Origin: Macrostomum hystrix
Taxonomy: Eukaryota > Animalia > Platyhelminthes
Length of the DNA stretch: 64,000 nucleotides
Assembly (NCBI GenBank): GCA_950097015.1
Contig: CATNEN010000032.1
Coordinates: 124,001 to 188,000, forward strand
Direction: 5' to 3'
Part shown: positions 12,701 to 29,749 of the stretch, in pieces
Position numbering within the stretch: position 1 is the first letter of the stretch
Layout of the letters: each line of letters begins with the position of its first letter
Made by a program: the position numbers and the translations under genes
Notes under the pieces: model-generated
What the model was told of the DNA's origin: nothing
Databases searched by the model: none
The model's input: the letters and a program-made list of their open reading frames with translations, nothing else

Positions 12701-13388
12701 CTGTGTAAGAAAAAAATTAGAATTACAAAATAAAACCATTTTATTGCACTATTTCTTATGCACTTTAATTTAAGACTCAAACTGAAATACGAAGCTTTAG
12801 TGCCTACTTTATGCTTTAAAATTTGAGTTAATTTAAATTTAAATTTCCTTTGTTTCTTTTTTTGGTTTGATAATCTCAATTTCTTATAATATAATCAGTA
12901 CTGACCATAATAATCTTATTTCATCTTGTAACTCTTGTATTATGTATGCCTGTACCATAATAATATAAAAATATTATAGGGGTAGGGCCTAGTGAGAATA
13001 TTATGTCACAAAAGGGTTGCTGTTCTATAAAAAGGTGTACAAGCGCATGGCATAAATTTACTTTTGTTTGCAAAATTATTTTTATGAATAAATTTAAAAT
13101 TGCGCTAAATGAAACAAAAAGTGCAGTGCAGAAACAATTCAGTTTATAGTATTCGTAACAATTCAGTTCAATTCAGTTCAGTTCAGTTTAGTTTAGTTTA
13201 CTTGGCTGTTATATAGCCACAGGGTATATAGTGACAAATCTAGTAAAAAATGCTACAGAATGCTTGGAAGTTGGAAGCTTGGAAATATTGCCTGATTGAA
13301 GTCACTAATAAAGGTTAGAAATGTAGCTGTGATTCTTTCTGCTCTTTGGATGCTGCCGAGCTGGTTATGGCCAAAGACAATTATGAAA

Positions 13389-13871
13389 GGCAGTGCATAT
13401 CCCCACGGTACCGTAGAAATAATTTTTGTCTTATTCCTACAGTACAGTGGGAATAATTTCCTGCTTATCTGCACGGCACACTGACGAGATAGCTGTCCTA
13501 TCTTCAACATAGCTCCAGAGATGCGTAAAGTAATAGACTGGATTATAGGCTTAGAAGGCTTGAGCTATAAGATTAGAAAAATACACACTTCAGTTGTATT
13601 CTTTTAAATATATAAATAATAGCAATATATATTTTATATACTTAAAAAGCCACCGTATTGGTTAACTAATTGCGAAAAAAGCAGAAAACTTTTATTTGTT
13701 TACTTGCTTTTAAAAACCGGAAGAAAAAAAATTGCAGTCACGATAAAAAGATAGATGATTAGGACAGCTATCTTATCAGTGTGCCATGCGGATAAGCAGG
13801 AAATTATTCCCACGGTACCGTAGGAAAAAGACAAAAATTATTTCTACAGTACCATGGGGATAAGCACTGCC
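13389..13871. mobile_element. Mutator (MULE)-type MITE, 483 bp
   Basis: Imperfect terminal inverted repeats of ~115 bp (GGCAGTGCATATCCCCACGGTACCGTAG... / ...CTACAGTACCATGGGGATAAGCACTGCC), flanked by a perfect 9-bp direct repeat ATTATGAAA (13380-13388 and 13872-13880). Long TIRs starting with G plus a 9-bp TSD are typical of Mutator elements. Confidence 0.85.
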
Positions 13872-16321
13872 ATTATGAAAAATTCCACACCACATTATTT
13901 ATGCCAGGTATATTAATTATTATTGTTGCAAGGCAGGTAGTAACGTTGTACAATTTTGGGAGGAGCAAAAAATTGTTTTGACATGCACTCTACCACTTTT
14001 CTGACTATGGCATGGTAGGGGGTTAAAGCTATAACAAATCTGATTAAAAATGAAATCAGCACATCAAAAAGCCTTAGTAGCCACAGATTTATCATCCTAT
14101 CAAAACAAGAACTATTTTATATAGACCTAAAGTTCAAGAGACCCTCGCCTCCCCGCTGGGTCCATGGACCACCCTGCAGCTAAGTCTAGTAAGTCAAAGT
14201 TCAAGAAGCCCAAAAAGCAAGCAAAGTTAAAATGTATTAAAAACTTGAAGTCTATACTTTATAGCAATTATCATTTTGGTTTAAAAAATTTAGCTAGTCA
14301 GCCAGACCACTGACTGATAATTTGGATATAAGTTGCATTAGTAACACTCTTAGTTAGTCTTAGGTTTTAACTAACATCTATTATTAACTTTACATGTAAC
14401 ATTTTCATTGTGTCAGTTAATAAATGTTGAAAATCAAAACAATTGGATTGGGATTTCGATTTGCTGGCATAAGTAGTACTAGTAACTAAATTTAAAACGA
14501 AAAAACATTGCTTACCTTTGTTATAAAAAAATTAATAGAAAATTTCAATACTTAAATTGACAAAGTAACTTTAAAAAATACCTTCTCTAGACACAGTAAA
14601 GTACAATCTGTTATGGATGTAATGATATCCTAAGTGTAAAATGCCAACTAAACTAGTTTGGTGGCGCAGCGCATTAGGGCGCGTTTTTTATTTAAACAAT
14701 TCTAAACTATTAAATAAAAACTTAAATAAAAAATTATACTACAACGTAACTAAGAAAATCTTTTCTTGAGAAGTACTAATACACTTTTTTTAATGCGCAT
14801 ACTTAGTTCTGTATAATTATTTGTTATACCATACGCACGTAAAGTTATGAAATTGACGTAAAATCCGGACTATTCAGACTCGTTTTTGACATGTAAAAAG
14901 AGTATTTATAAAAATACAATTCTTTCTTTCCATGTAACACTAAAAAAGTGACGAATTCTATAGACAAATGAATACAATTATATTGAGAATGATTGCAGAA
15001 GGACTGCGGGCAATGGCACATCATTTAGTGACACTAGACCCACAGCGAGCTATTTTTTGCTAATACCTTATTCGGATCATTGTCATAAATAATTACGAGT
15101 ACATAATCAGTCTTACTTGTTTCTGTTTCGTTTCTTTTAAGGCACTGTAGAGTTATACCGCTATACTTTCTGGAATTTTAGAACTGATTCTGGTTCTGGA
15201 ATTCTGGGTAGAATGAAAAGCCTATTTTACGGGTTGGAGAGCTGGGTAAAACAGCTTTAATTTTATTTTTCAATTAACTGCCGTCAAAAATAAAGCCAAT
15301 ATAATCTAGCAACCAAGTTATATAAATATGAGTAATTTAAAATTAAAATAAATATGATTTGATTTTGTTTTTGTCTTATAACTAGTATAAATATGTCTTT
15401 CTATGCATGTATAACTCAACCTGTGTGGCGTGTTGATAGAGAGAGCGCTCTGTTTGAGTGTTACGAGGGGGGTTCGAATTTTTTCCGTATTATTTTTACT
15501 AATGAATTTTTTTGATCCGATATTTTATTGTGATGCTAAATATTTACTAATTATTTCGTTTTATAGCCATTTTATACAGTGGATGTGTTGTAATTTTAGT
15601 TCTGGCTTCTGATAAGCCATTAAGCCCTCGCTGTTAAGGTGGAAGTATCATTTGTTTGAGACGGGGTGATCACTTCTTGGTTCTTACTTAGCACGATAGA
15701 AAAGCGTCATATATCTATTACACGTAAAATCCACTTAATCAGTAAGTCCCATCTAAACTCATTCAGCTTTAGTTGTATTGTATTAATTAGTATGAACTGT
15801 GGTTTGCTTGCCTATATGTTTGGAAATAAATGATTATCAGTGCAAAGGAAAAATATTTAGATAGCCAGTTACATACTTCATATTTCATACTTTCTACTTG
15901 CAGTAGACGAGTAGCATGATCCATGTAAAATTTATCGGAAGTCTACCCCCTACCCCCTACCCCCCCGTGGGTCCACATGGATTCACCCGGCTAGCCGAGT
16001 ATTTTTTGACTAGTGGAAGTGTCGGCTAGCCGGCGGCCGCGAGCTGCACCAGCGGACTGGGCTGAGCGAAGTGGGGGTAAATAAGAATGTACATCATAGT
16101 GTTTTTCTGTGCCAGATAAGTACGCTTGTTTTTCGTCCCTCGGCCAAGGCACCAATGCTGAATTTAAATAGCCGAGTCAAATTTTTTGTCACTGAACTTG
16201 CACTACAGCTCTTAGTCCCATGGTTGTTATATTGTAGCTTAAAATAGTGGTTAGTAAGGAGTTTATAATCTTACACTGCCAAGTCACCATTAAAAAGGTC
16301 CGCTAGCTTTCACTTGCAATC

Positions 16322-18856
16322 ATGAATCTGTTCGACTTGTTGGTGAGTTGGGCACTAAGTGTGTACTTTAATTCGATTAGCGCAAATTTCCGACTGAAAA
16401 GGGGTGGATCATGTCCTAGAGTGGGGCGGATTATGTCCTAGAGTGGGGTGGATCATGTCCTAGAGTGGGGCGGATCATGTCCTCGAGTGGGGCGGATCAT
16501 GTCCTACAAATGCAGACCAAAGGGGAGAATAATGTCCGACAGAACAGAGGGGAGGGTAATGTCCGGCAGACCAGAGGGGAGGGTAATGTCCGACAGAACA
16601 GAGGGGAGGGTAATGTCCGACAGACCAGAGGGGAGGGTAATGTCCGACAGAACAGAGGGGAGCGTAATGTCCGACAGAACAGAGGGGAGGGTAATGTCCC
16701 ACAGGCCAAATTGTAGGGTAATGTCCGACAGAACAGAGGGGAGGGTAATGTCCCACAGGCTAAATGGTAGGGTAATGTCGCACAATAGCGAGTGTATCTG
16801 ATCAACAACCAATCGCTGTGCCGCAGCCGGCTGGCCTAAAGAAGCGCCTAATCCGCTGGCTGGAGGACAATCGCGGCCTGGTGATCGTCCTCTTCTGCCT
16901 GCCAGCCTCTTTCCTATTCGACACGGGGCTCAGCGCCTACAAGTGGGTTCAGCGGACGCTGCTGAGCGCGCCGGACCGACACGATGCCAGAGTGAGGCAG
17001 ATTCAACGTCGGGTGGGCGACTGGAACAAGCAGAGCAGCTCGGCCAGGCGGCCGATGTGCACCAGCCGGCCCAACTGGCTCTCCCTGTCCACCACCTTCT
17101 TCAAGAAGTCCGAGTGCCACCGCATCCCCGTGGACCTGTACGACATCCTCCAGCTGGACACGGAGCGCATGGTCGTGCGCGTTGAGCCAATGGTGACTGT
17201 GGGCGACATCACCCGCTACCTCATTCCCAGAGGCTACACCCTGGCCGTGACCTTGGAGATCAGTGACGCCACCTGCGGCGGCCTAGCTCTGGGCGTCGGC
17301 ATGACAACCTACAGTCACCGCGTCGGCCTCTACCAAGAGACCATCGTCAGCTACGATGTGGTTCTCGGCGACGGCAGTCTAGTCAAAGCAACGGCTGACA
17401 ATGAGCATAGGGACCTGTACTATTGCCTGCCCTGGTCCCACGGCACCCTGGGTTTCCTGGTGGCCCTGGAGCTTAAGATCATCCCGGTGGAGCAGTACGT
17501 GCACATGCGCTACATTCCGGTCCGCGGACAGAAGCAGTATTGCGACCGGATGCGAGAGCTCAGCGGAGCCAGGGACAAGGACGCCAAGCTGCCCGACTAC
17601 CTGGAGGCCACCGTGTTTGACCGAGACAGCGCCGTCATCATGGTCGGCAACTTTGCCAAGGTTAATCATTTTCTGCTTCTAGTCACAAAATCTATAAAGT
17701 TCACAATAAAAAATCTGCATAAAACAGTTTGTGGCGGAGCGGTAAGATGAACACCAAGGTCCCGAGCTCGAATCTGCGGCTAGGCCACATTAATTTGAGG
17801 CGCAGTCGCGGAGAGAAGGCTCGGAGACAATGGCCAACAACCCCCAAGGTACAGTGAGGTTGTAGACTGCCTGAAGGTGTGAAAGTACACAGCTTTTTTA
17901 GTGTGTGTCTTTGTTTGCTTTGTGGTCGGCGTAACTGTACAATGCCACGAACTGTACATCGCCAAAAACTATACAATACCATAATATAACATTGTACATA
18001 GCATGACATGATATTCAATACCACAAACTGTACATTACCGCAAACGGTTAGAGCCCAACTAATTTCGCACTGGCAGGTGGACACCCCTGAGAAGGCGGCC
18101 AAGATCAACCGGGTCACCCGCTGGTACAAGCCCTGGTTCTACAAGCATGTGGAGACCTTCCTAGCCAAGGGCGAGTCCGAGGAGTACATCCCGCTGCGGG
18201 ACTACCTGCTGCGGCACAACCGGGCCATCTTCTGGGTGCTGGAGTCCATGATCCCGTTCGGCAACAACCCGGTGTTTCGCCTGTTCCTGGGATGGCTCTG
18301 CCCACCCAAGCCGGCCTTCCTGAAGTTCACCACCACGCCAGGCATTCGCGCGATGACCTTCTCCAAGCAGGTGTTCCAGGACATTGTGCTGCCCATGACC
18401 GTTCTGGAAGAGTCCATAAACCTATCTGAGAAGCTGTTCGACACCTACCCAGTGCTGATTTACCCGTGCCGCATCTACGATCACGGGCCAAACGGTCGGG
18501 GCCAGCTTCGGCCGCCCAGGTCCGACCAGATGTGTCCGGGCGCGGACTTCGGCATGTTCTACGACCTGGGAGTCTATGGCACTCCCGGGCCCGTGAGGCG
18601 GAAGCGCGGCTACTACAACCCGGTGGAGAGCATGCGGGCCATGGAGGCCTTCATTCGCAAAGCAGGCGGCTACAGCTTCCTATACGCCGACATCTTCCTG
18701 ACCGAGGAGGAGTTCAACGAGATGTTCGACCTGGAGGCCTACAACCGGGTGCGCCGAAAGTACCACGCCGAGGGCGCCTTCCCCAGCCTGTACGAAAAGG
18801 TGCGGCCCGAGGTCGATGTGGTCAAGATTGGCAACGAGTATGCTCAGTCTGAGTAG
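16322..18856 (+). CDS. DHCR24: Delta(24)-sterol reductase-like FAD oxidoreductase, ~544 aa
   Basis: Exons 16322-16342 (MNLFDLL, donor GTGAGT), 16827-17660 and 18077-18856, all phase 0. Motifs VRVEPMVTVG, GGLALGVGM, LPWSHGTLGFLV, RWYKPWFYKHV, LRDYLLRHNRAIFW and FPSLYEKV are typical of DHCR24/DWF1. Confidence 0.93.
16400..16785. repeat. Two adjacent G-rich minisatellites (22 bp, then 27 bp) in DHCR24 intron 1
   Basis: GGATCATGTCCTAGAGTGGGGC x~5, followed by GGGTAATGTCCGACAGAACAGAGGGGA x~9. Confidence 0.88.
17731..17890 (+). mobile_element. tRNA-derived SINE, copy 2 (DHCR24 intron 2)
   Basis: GTGGCGGAGCGGT...CACCAAGGTCCCGAGCTCGAATCTGCGGCTAGGCCACATTAATTTGAGGCGCAGTCGCGGAGAGAAGGC matches the other copies. 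Confidence 0.7.
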
Positions 18857-19533
18857 ATCTTGAGCACACACTTGAGCACAGTGGCTCGGGGGGCTGCCTG
18901 GCACCGAGTGTCACGGCAACTAGAAAAGTCAAAGACATTAGAAAGTAAAGCGTTATCAGCAAATGTCTATTTTGAACAGTTTCAAATTAAGAACGAATAT
19001 GCTCCCCGCAAGGCTTATCTCAACAGGAGACCCGTTACAAACGCCATGCATACGCTCGTAGTTACATGAAGTCAATAGTGTTCTTTTTCTGTTATAAAAT
19101 TTCCTATTTTCTGGTAATAGGAAAATTGTGCTTAATAAAACATAAACTTCTGAGATCATTAGTAACTGTTAGACATAAAAAACGAATGATGTGCCAATAT
19201 ATTGTCACTCTCTGATTTATTTTATAGGTCCTTCAATAAAGCACTGATGACTAATAACCTATTAACTAGCATTTGAAAGTTTCCGCTGTTTGAGTTAGTA
19301 AAAAGCTTAACTATAAATATCAAAACTGATTGAAAAGTCTAATTTGCATTTGACAACAGAAGCGTGATAATATGAGGACAAATTCAGCTCTTTCAAGGCG
19401 TATTTTAGTTAGAAACAATGAAGCCTAGGTCTAGAGTAGAAAAATCCTTGCATTTGCGATGCATGCTACTACTAAAAAACTATGTAAGTAGCGAGATGGA
19501 AGATAAGTTAAAAGTTTGGAAAATAATCTGTGC

Positions 19534-24939
<5,406 letters not shown>

Positions 24940-25619
24940 GACCAGCCGTTTGCTGCAGGTGAGCTATTAAAATTATAAATGGCTTACAAGCAAACCCGCG
25001 TCGGCAATGAGCTCGCGAAATAGCCCCGACTATTGGACCAGACTATTAGTCTATTATTCTTCATTCATTATAGTTCTCCTCACTGCTTGCTCTCTCTCTG
25101 TCCGCCTCGTTTAAGCGTATACTCTCCCTCCTCGAAAACCAGCCCTGGCCAGTCTCCGCTGCCAAGGGTCGCCCACCCCAGTCCAGTATCTTGCCGCAGT
25201 CCGCGGCCCTGCCTGCACTACTTACTGTACAATGGTGTACATTTTTGCCGTTCTCGCATATAATTGGAGCTCTGTTCTGCTACGAACAAAATAGAATGGA
25301 TTTACAATTGTTTTGGTTTATGCATTCACGGTTTGTGAAAGAACTGAGAGTTGTGACAAGCAGGCGTACAGGCTTTTCTGCATAATTGTACCGGCACTGA
25401 GTCCATCCCATAATAGGCTGTCTTCAATTCCAGTCTCACCTCCTGGCTGGACTTGGTAGGGATAGTTATTGTCTGTATGGGCCAGAAGGATACAAACAGG
25501 AAGAAGGAACATGTAGAAAAACGGAAGAAGGACTGTTTGGCGGTGAAGGTACAGGTTACAGGTGGTGAGAAGGAAAAATTTAACAGGTCGGGAAGGGGAA
25601 GATTGAAACAGTGGGTAAA

Positions 25620-26480
25620 GAGAAGAATGGACAGGTAGGGAAGGGGAAGAATGGACAGGTAGGGAAGCGGAAGAATGGACAGGTAGGGAAGGGGAAGAAT
25701 GGACAGGTAGGGAAGCGGAAGAATGGACAGGTAGGGAAGGGGAAGAATGGACAGGTAGGGAAGGGGAAGAATGGACAGGTAGGGAAGGGGAAGAATGTAC
25801 AGGTAGGGAAGGGGAAGAATGGACAGGTAGGGAAGGGGAAGAATGGACAGGTAGGGAAGGGGAAGAATGGACAGGTAGGGAAGGGGAAGAATGGACAGGT
25901 AGGGAAGGGGAAGAATGGACAGGTAGGGAAGGGGAAGAATGTACAGGTAGGGAAGGGGAAGAATGGACAGGTAGGGAAGGGGAAGAATGGACAGGTAGGG
26001 AAGGGGAAGAATGGACAGGTAGGGAAGGGGAAGAATGTACAGGTAGGGAAGGGGAAGAATGGACAGGTAGGGAAGGGGAAGAATGGACAGGTAGGGAAGA
26101 GGAAGAATGGACAGGTAGGGAAGGGGAAGAATGGACAGGTAGGGAAGGGGAAGAATGGACAGGTAGGGAAGCGGAAGAATGGACAGGTAGGGAAGGGGAA
26201 GAATGTACAGGTAGGGAAGGGGAAGAATGGACAGGTAGGGAAGGGGAAGAATGGGCAGGTAGGGAAGGGGAAGAATGGACAGGTAGGGAAGGGGAAGAAT
26301 GGACAGGTAGGGAAGGGGAAGAATGGACAGGTAGGGAAGCGGAAGAATGGACAGGTAGGGAAGGGGAAGAATGTACAGGTAGGGAAGGGGAAGAATGGAC
26401 AGGTAGGGAAGGGGAAGAATGGGCAGGTAGGGAAGGGGAAGAATGGACAGGTAGGGAAGATGAAGAATGGGCAGCTAGGA
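25620..26480. repeat. 24-bp purine/G-rich minisatellite, ~35 copies
   Basis: Unit GAAGAATGGACAGGTAGGGAAGGG. It lies between the divergent GDH and TFIIS starts, and its GKGKNGQV/CPFFPFPT ORFs are artefacts. Confidence 0.95.
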
Positions 26481-27345
26481 AGGTGACAAGAAGATTGTGC
26501 ATTATGGCTCGAAGGGTGAAACAAAAAAGCTTTTGTTTCTCTGGTGGACGTTTTTTTATCGTTTTATAATTTTTATCGTTTCACACTTTTTATAAGCTCA
26601 GAATTTCAGTGGATACAGCCATGCATATCCTAATTACGAGTATGTTCCGAAAGTTTTCAGTTTATTTTAAGTTTGATACCGATCGGCATAGCTTATTTTA
26701 GAAGAACTTATAGAAAAAGTTCACCCCGTTAAATAGAGTACAAAAGGGAAGTCCCGCGTGCAACTTTCTGTCCTCCGAGGCTTGAGGCCAATGTACATCC
26801 TGATCTGTCACGCGCGTACACTATCGTTCGACCAGGCAGGGTGAGGAGCGCCCTACCCACAACGTACATTCAGCTCTGCCAGTGTACGCACGTGAACGGC
26901 TGCGACAGCTTTTCCAGGAAATATCTCGGCTGGGTTTTTAGTTCGGCCATTTTTCAGTTCCTTAACTTAATTAAGCTCAGCTTTTTGCGTCTCCAAATCT
27001 TCTGTCTGTTTCGTTTGTTGCAGATAAGTATTGCTTCAGATTGTATCTAGAATTAAGCCAAAATTAATTAAACAAAAAAGTTCTGACTAAATGTCGTCAA
27101 TGAAACAAGAGCGAAATCAATCAGCCACGGCTACCAGCGCCAGCCTTGAGAAGCTCGTTAAACGACTCAAAAAGTACTCGGAAGCAGATTCTACTTCAAG
27201 TTTGGTACGATTCGGCATAGAATATGATGAGCATCGTAGATAAGCTTTCCCTTGATTGGCTTTAAATCCCAACTTTTCATAACATATAATAGAGGATTTC
27301 GTACCTAATAATAATTTATTAGGATACAACCTCCTCGTACCTAGA

Positions 27346-28780
27346 ATGGTTCCAAACTCCCTGATCCCAGACTTTGAGAACAGCTCCGACCTCTTGCAGA
27401 TCGGCAAGAAGGCAGAACGGACTCTGGCCCAGCTGCAGTCTCAGCCGGACCTGACAGCCGGGCAGCTGGCGGCCTCCGGGCTGCCCGCCATTGTCAACCG
27501 GCTGCGCAAGCGTCTTCGGCCCGAGGAGCCTGCGGCCCAAACTGCCCGACGCCTCATCAAAGCCTGGCGGCTGACGGTGGAGTCCGAGCAACGCGGCCGT
27601 CGAGCAGATGATGATGCATCAACGTCCGGCATCCAGGACCAGCATCGAGTTAGCACCAGCGAGTCAACGAACAGTGCTGCGGCAAAAGCGCCACAGAAAA
27701 TGGCGACTGTATCAACTCGACTTGAAGACAAGCACGAGGAAGACAGCTCATGGACTCCAGACACAAACGACCCGATGCGACTAAAGGGCATCGAAATGTT
27801 TCAGCAGGCGCTACAGCTGGTATGTCCAGCTGTTCAGATCCTCAGGACTTAGCTGCAACTCCCTGAGCTCCAGATCCTCAGGACTAGCTGCAACTCCCTG
27901 AGCTCCAGATCCTCAGGACTAGCTGCAACTCCCTGAGCTCCAAATCTTCAGAACTAGCTGCAACTCCCTGAGCTCCAAATCCTCAGGATTAGCTGCAACT
28001 CCCTGAGCTCCAGATCCTCAGGATTAGCTGCAACTCCCTGAGCTCCAGATCCTCAGGATTAGCTGCTGATCCCTGAGCTCCAGATCCTCAGGATTAGCTG
28101 CAACTCCCTGAGCTCCAGATCTTCAGGACTAGCCGCAACTCCCTGAGCTCCAGATCCTCAGGATTAGCTGCAACTTCCTGAGCTCCAGATCCTCAGGATT
28201 AGCTGCTGATCCCTGAGCTCCAGATCCTCAGGATTAGCTGCTGATCCCTGAGCTCCAGATCCTCAAGTATCAGGATAGTACTAAATCCTGGCTTAGCAAC
28301 TCGCTGAATTGCCGACTCCTCTCTCTGGCGCAGCCGTCTTCAGTTGCAACATCGTCGCCGCCGCTTCGGCTCGCCGCCGAAATCGAGGCCGCTGTATCGG
28401 CCGACTCGAACGCTGACCCAGCCAGGTACCGGGCCAGGCTGCGCTGCTTGCTGCAAAACCTGCGCGATCCGAAGAACCCGCAGCTGCGCGCCAGCCTACT
28501 CACCGGCCAGCTGCCGGCCGCCCAGTTCGCCGTCATGACCTCCGAGCAGCTGGCCTCGGACGAGATGCGTCGGCTTCGCCAGCGACTGGCTGAGGAGGCC
28601 ACGGCCCGGTTCAAGTCGACATTGTCGGCGGGCTCGGAGCCGGGCAGCAGCCTTTTCACCTGTAAGCGATGCCGGAAGAAGAATTGCACCTACAATCAGT
28701 TGCAAACTCTACCTGGAGACGAGCCCATGACCACCTATGTGCTGTGCAACGAGTGTGGCTTCCGCTGGAAGTTCAACTGA
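27346..28780 (+). CDS. TCEA: Transcription elongation factor TFIIS (S-II), divergent, ~306 aa
   Basis: Exons 27346-27819 (donor GTATGT) and 28334-28780, phase 0. It has an N-terminal domain (IVNRLRK...ARRLIKAWR), a central domain (YRARLRCLLQNLRDPKNPQLR...MTSEQLASDEM) and a C4 zinc ribbon (FTCKRCRKKNCTYNQLQTLPGDEPMTTYVLCNECGFRWKF). The start codon is less certain. Confidence 0.92.
27835..28266. repeat. 35-bp minisatellite, ~12 copies, in the TFIIS intron
   Basis: Unit CAGATCCTCAGGATTAGCTGCAACTCCCTGAGCTC, with an internal inverted pair CTCAGG/CCTGAG. Confidence 0.93.
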
Positions 28781-29253
28781 GTCCAGAACGAACAGCACGC
28801 CGCAGTTACTTACAGTCCCATGACACGAGCCACTCATCTGCAATATTTGATTTCTTGCGATTCCAACTCGTAACACAAACTCAAGCAATCTACGAGGACC
28901 ACACGGAGTAGAAGGGCGAAAAACTTCGTTTCTTAGAAAAAAATTGAAGGCTGATTATCGCAAAAAACTCTTCATGCGATTTTCTTTACTAATAAATATT
29001 CAATTCATTGTCAATGTTGTTGTAGTTTTTAAAAATTGTTAATGAGCCAACTTTAGATTATCTTGACTTAATACTTATTTTACTCTTGCAGTGAAGTATT
29101 AATTTATTAATATATGAAAAATTATTGCTATTTCTTCCAAGCTTTTTTATTGGCTTAGATATTATTTAGTAGCATAACAGTATCTGCTGAACGAAGATCA
29201 AATTGTCATTTAATGTAACATTCGGTGGAGCAACACGTAAGAATCATAGCATG

Positions 29254-29749
29254 TGTGGTGACTGCGTTTCGCTATCAGTGCAGAGTAGGGGATTGAGGGT
29301 GTTATTTTTCTCTCTCTCTCTCGCAATGTACTTGCGCATGTGCGTACTCTGGAGCGCGTGCACGCCCAGAGGTAGCGGCTGATTGGTCAGCCTGGTCAGG
29401 CTGAGAAATAAACTTATATTTATTTAGAGAGCTAGGCTTGGCCTGCTCTGAAGAGCTTCTCTCTCTGCAAGCCACGCTGACTTTATTACAGTGGCGACGA
29501 GGTGACTAATGGCCACTGGCCTACTGTGTAGCATCGGTCCATTTGAGCCTGAAAATGAGGACTGGCTGCAGTACAAGGAAAGAGTGGAGCAAGTTTTCAT
29601 TGCAAGCGACATAGAGTCCGAAGACAAAAAGCGAGCTGTCTTCCTCAGTGTCTTGTGGCAAGGACAATAAACTTATATTTATTTAGAGAGCTAGGCTTGG
29701 CCTGCTCTGAAGAGCTTCTCTCTCTGCAAGCCACGCTGACTTTATTACA
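29254..29749 (+). mobile_element. Internally deleted Ty3/Gypsy (Mag-like) LTR retrotransposon
   Basis: 5' LTR 29254-29490 (TGT...ACA, AATAAA inside), PBS TGGCGACGAG at 29492, and gag start at 29509 (MATGLLCSIGPFEPENEDWLQYKERVEQVFIASDIESEDKKRAVFLSV). The sequence then jumps to the last 84 bp of the 3' LTR (29666-29749 = 29407-29490). 5-bp TSD GCATG at 29249-29253 and 29750-29754. Confidence 0.9.
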
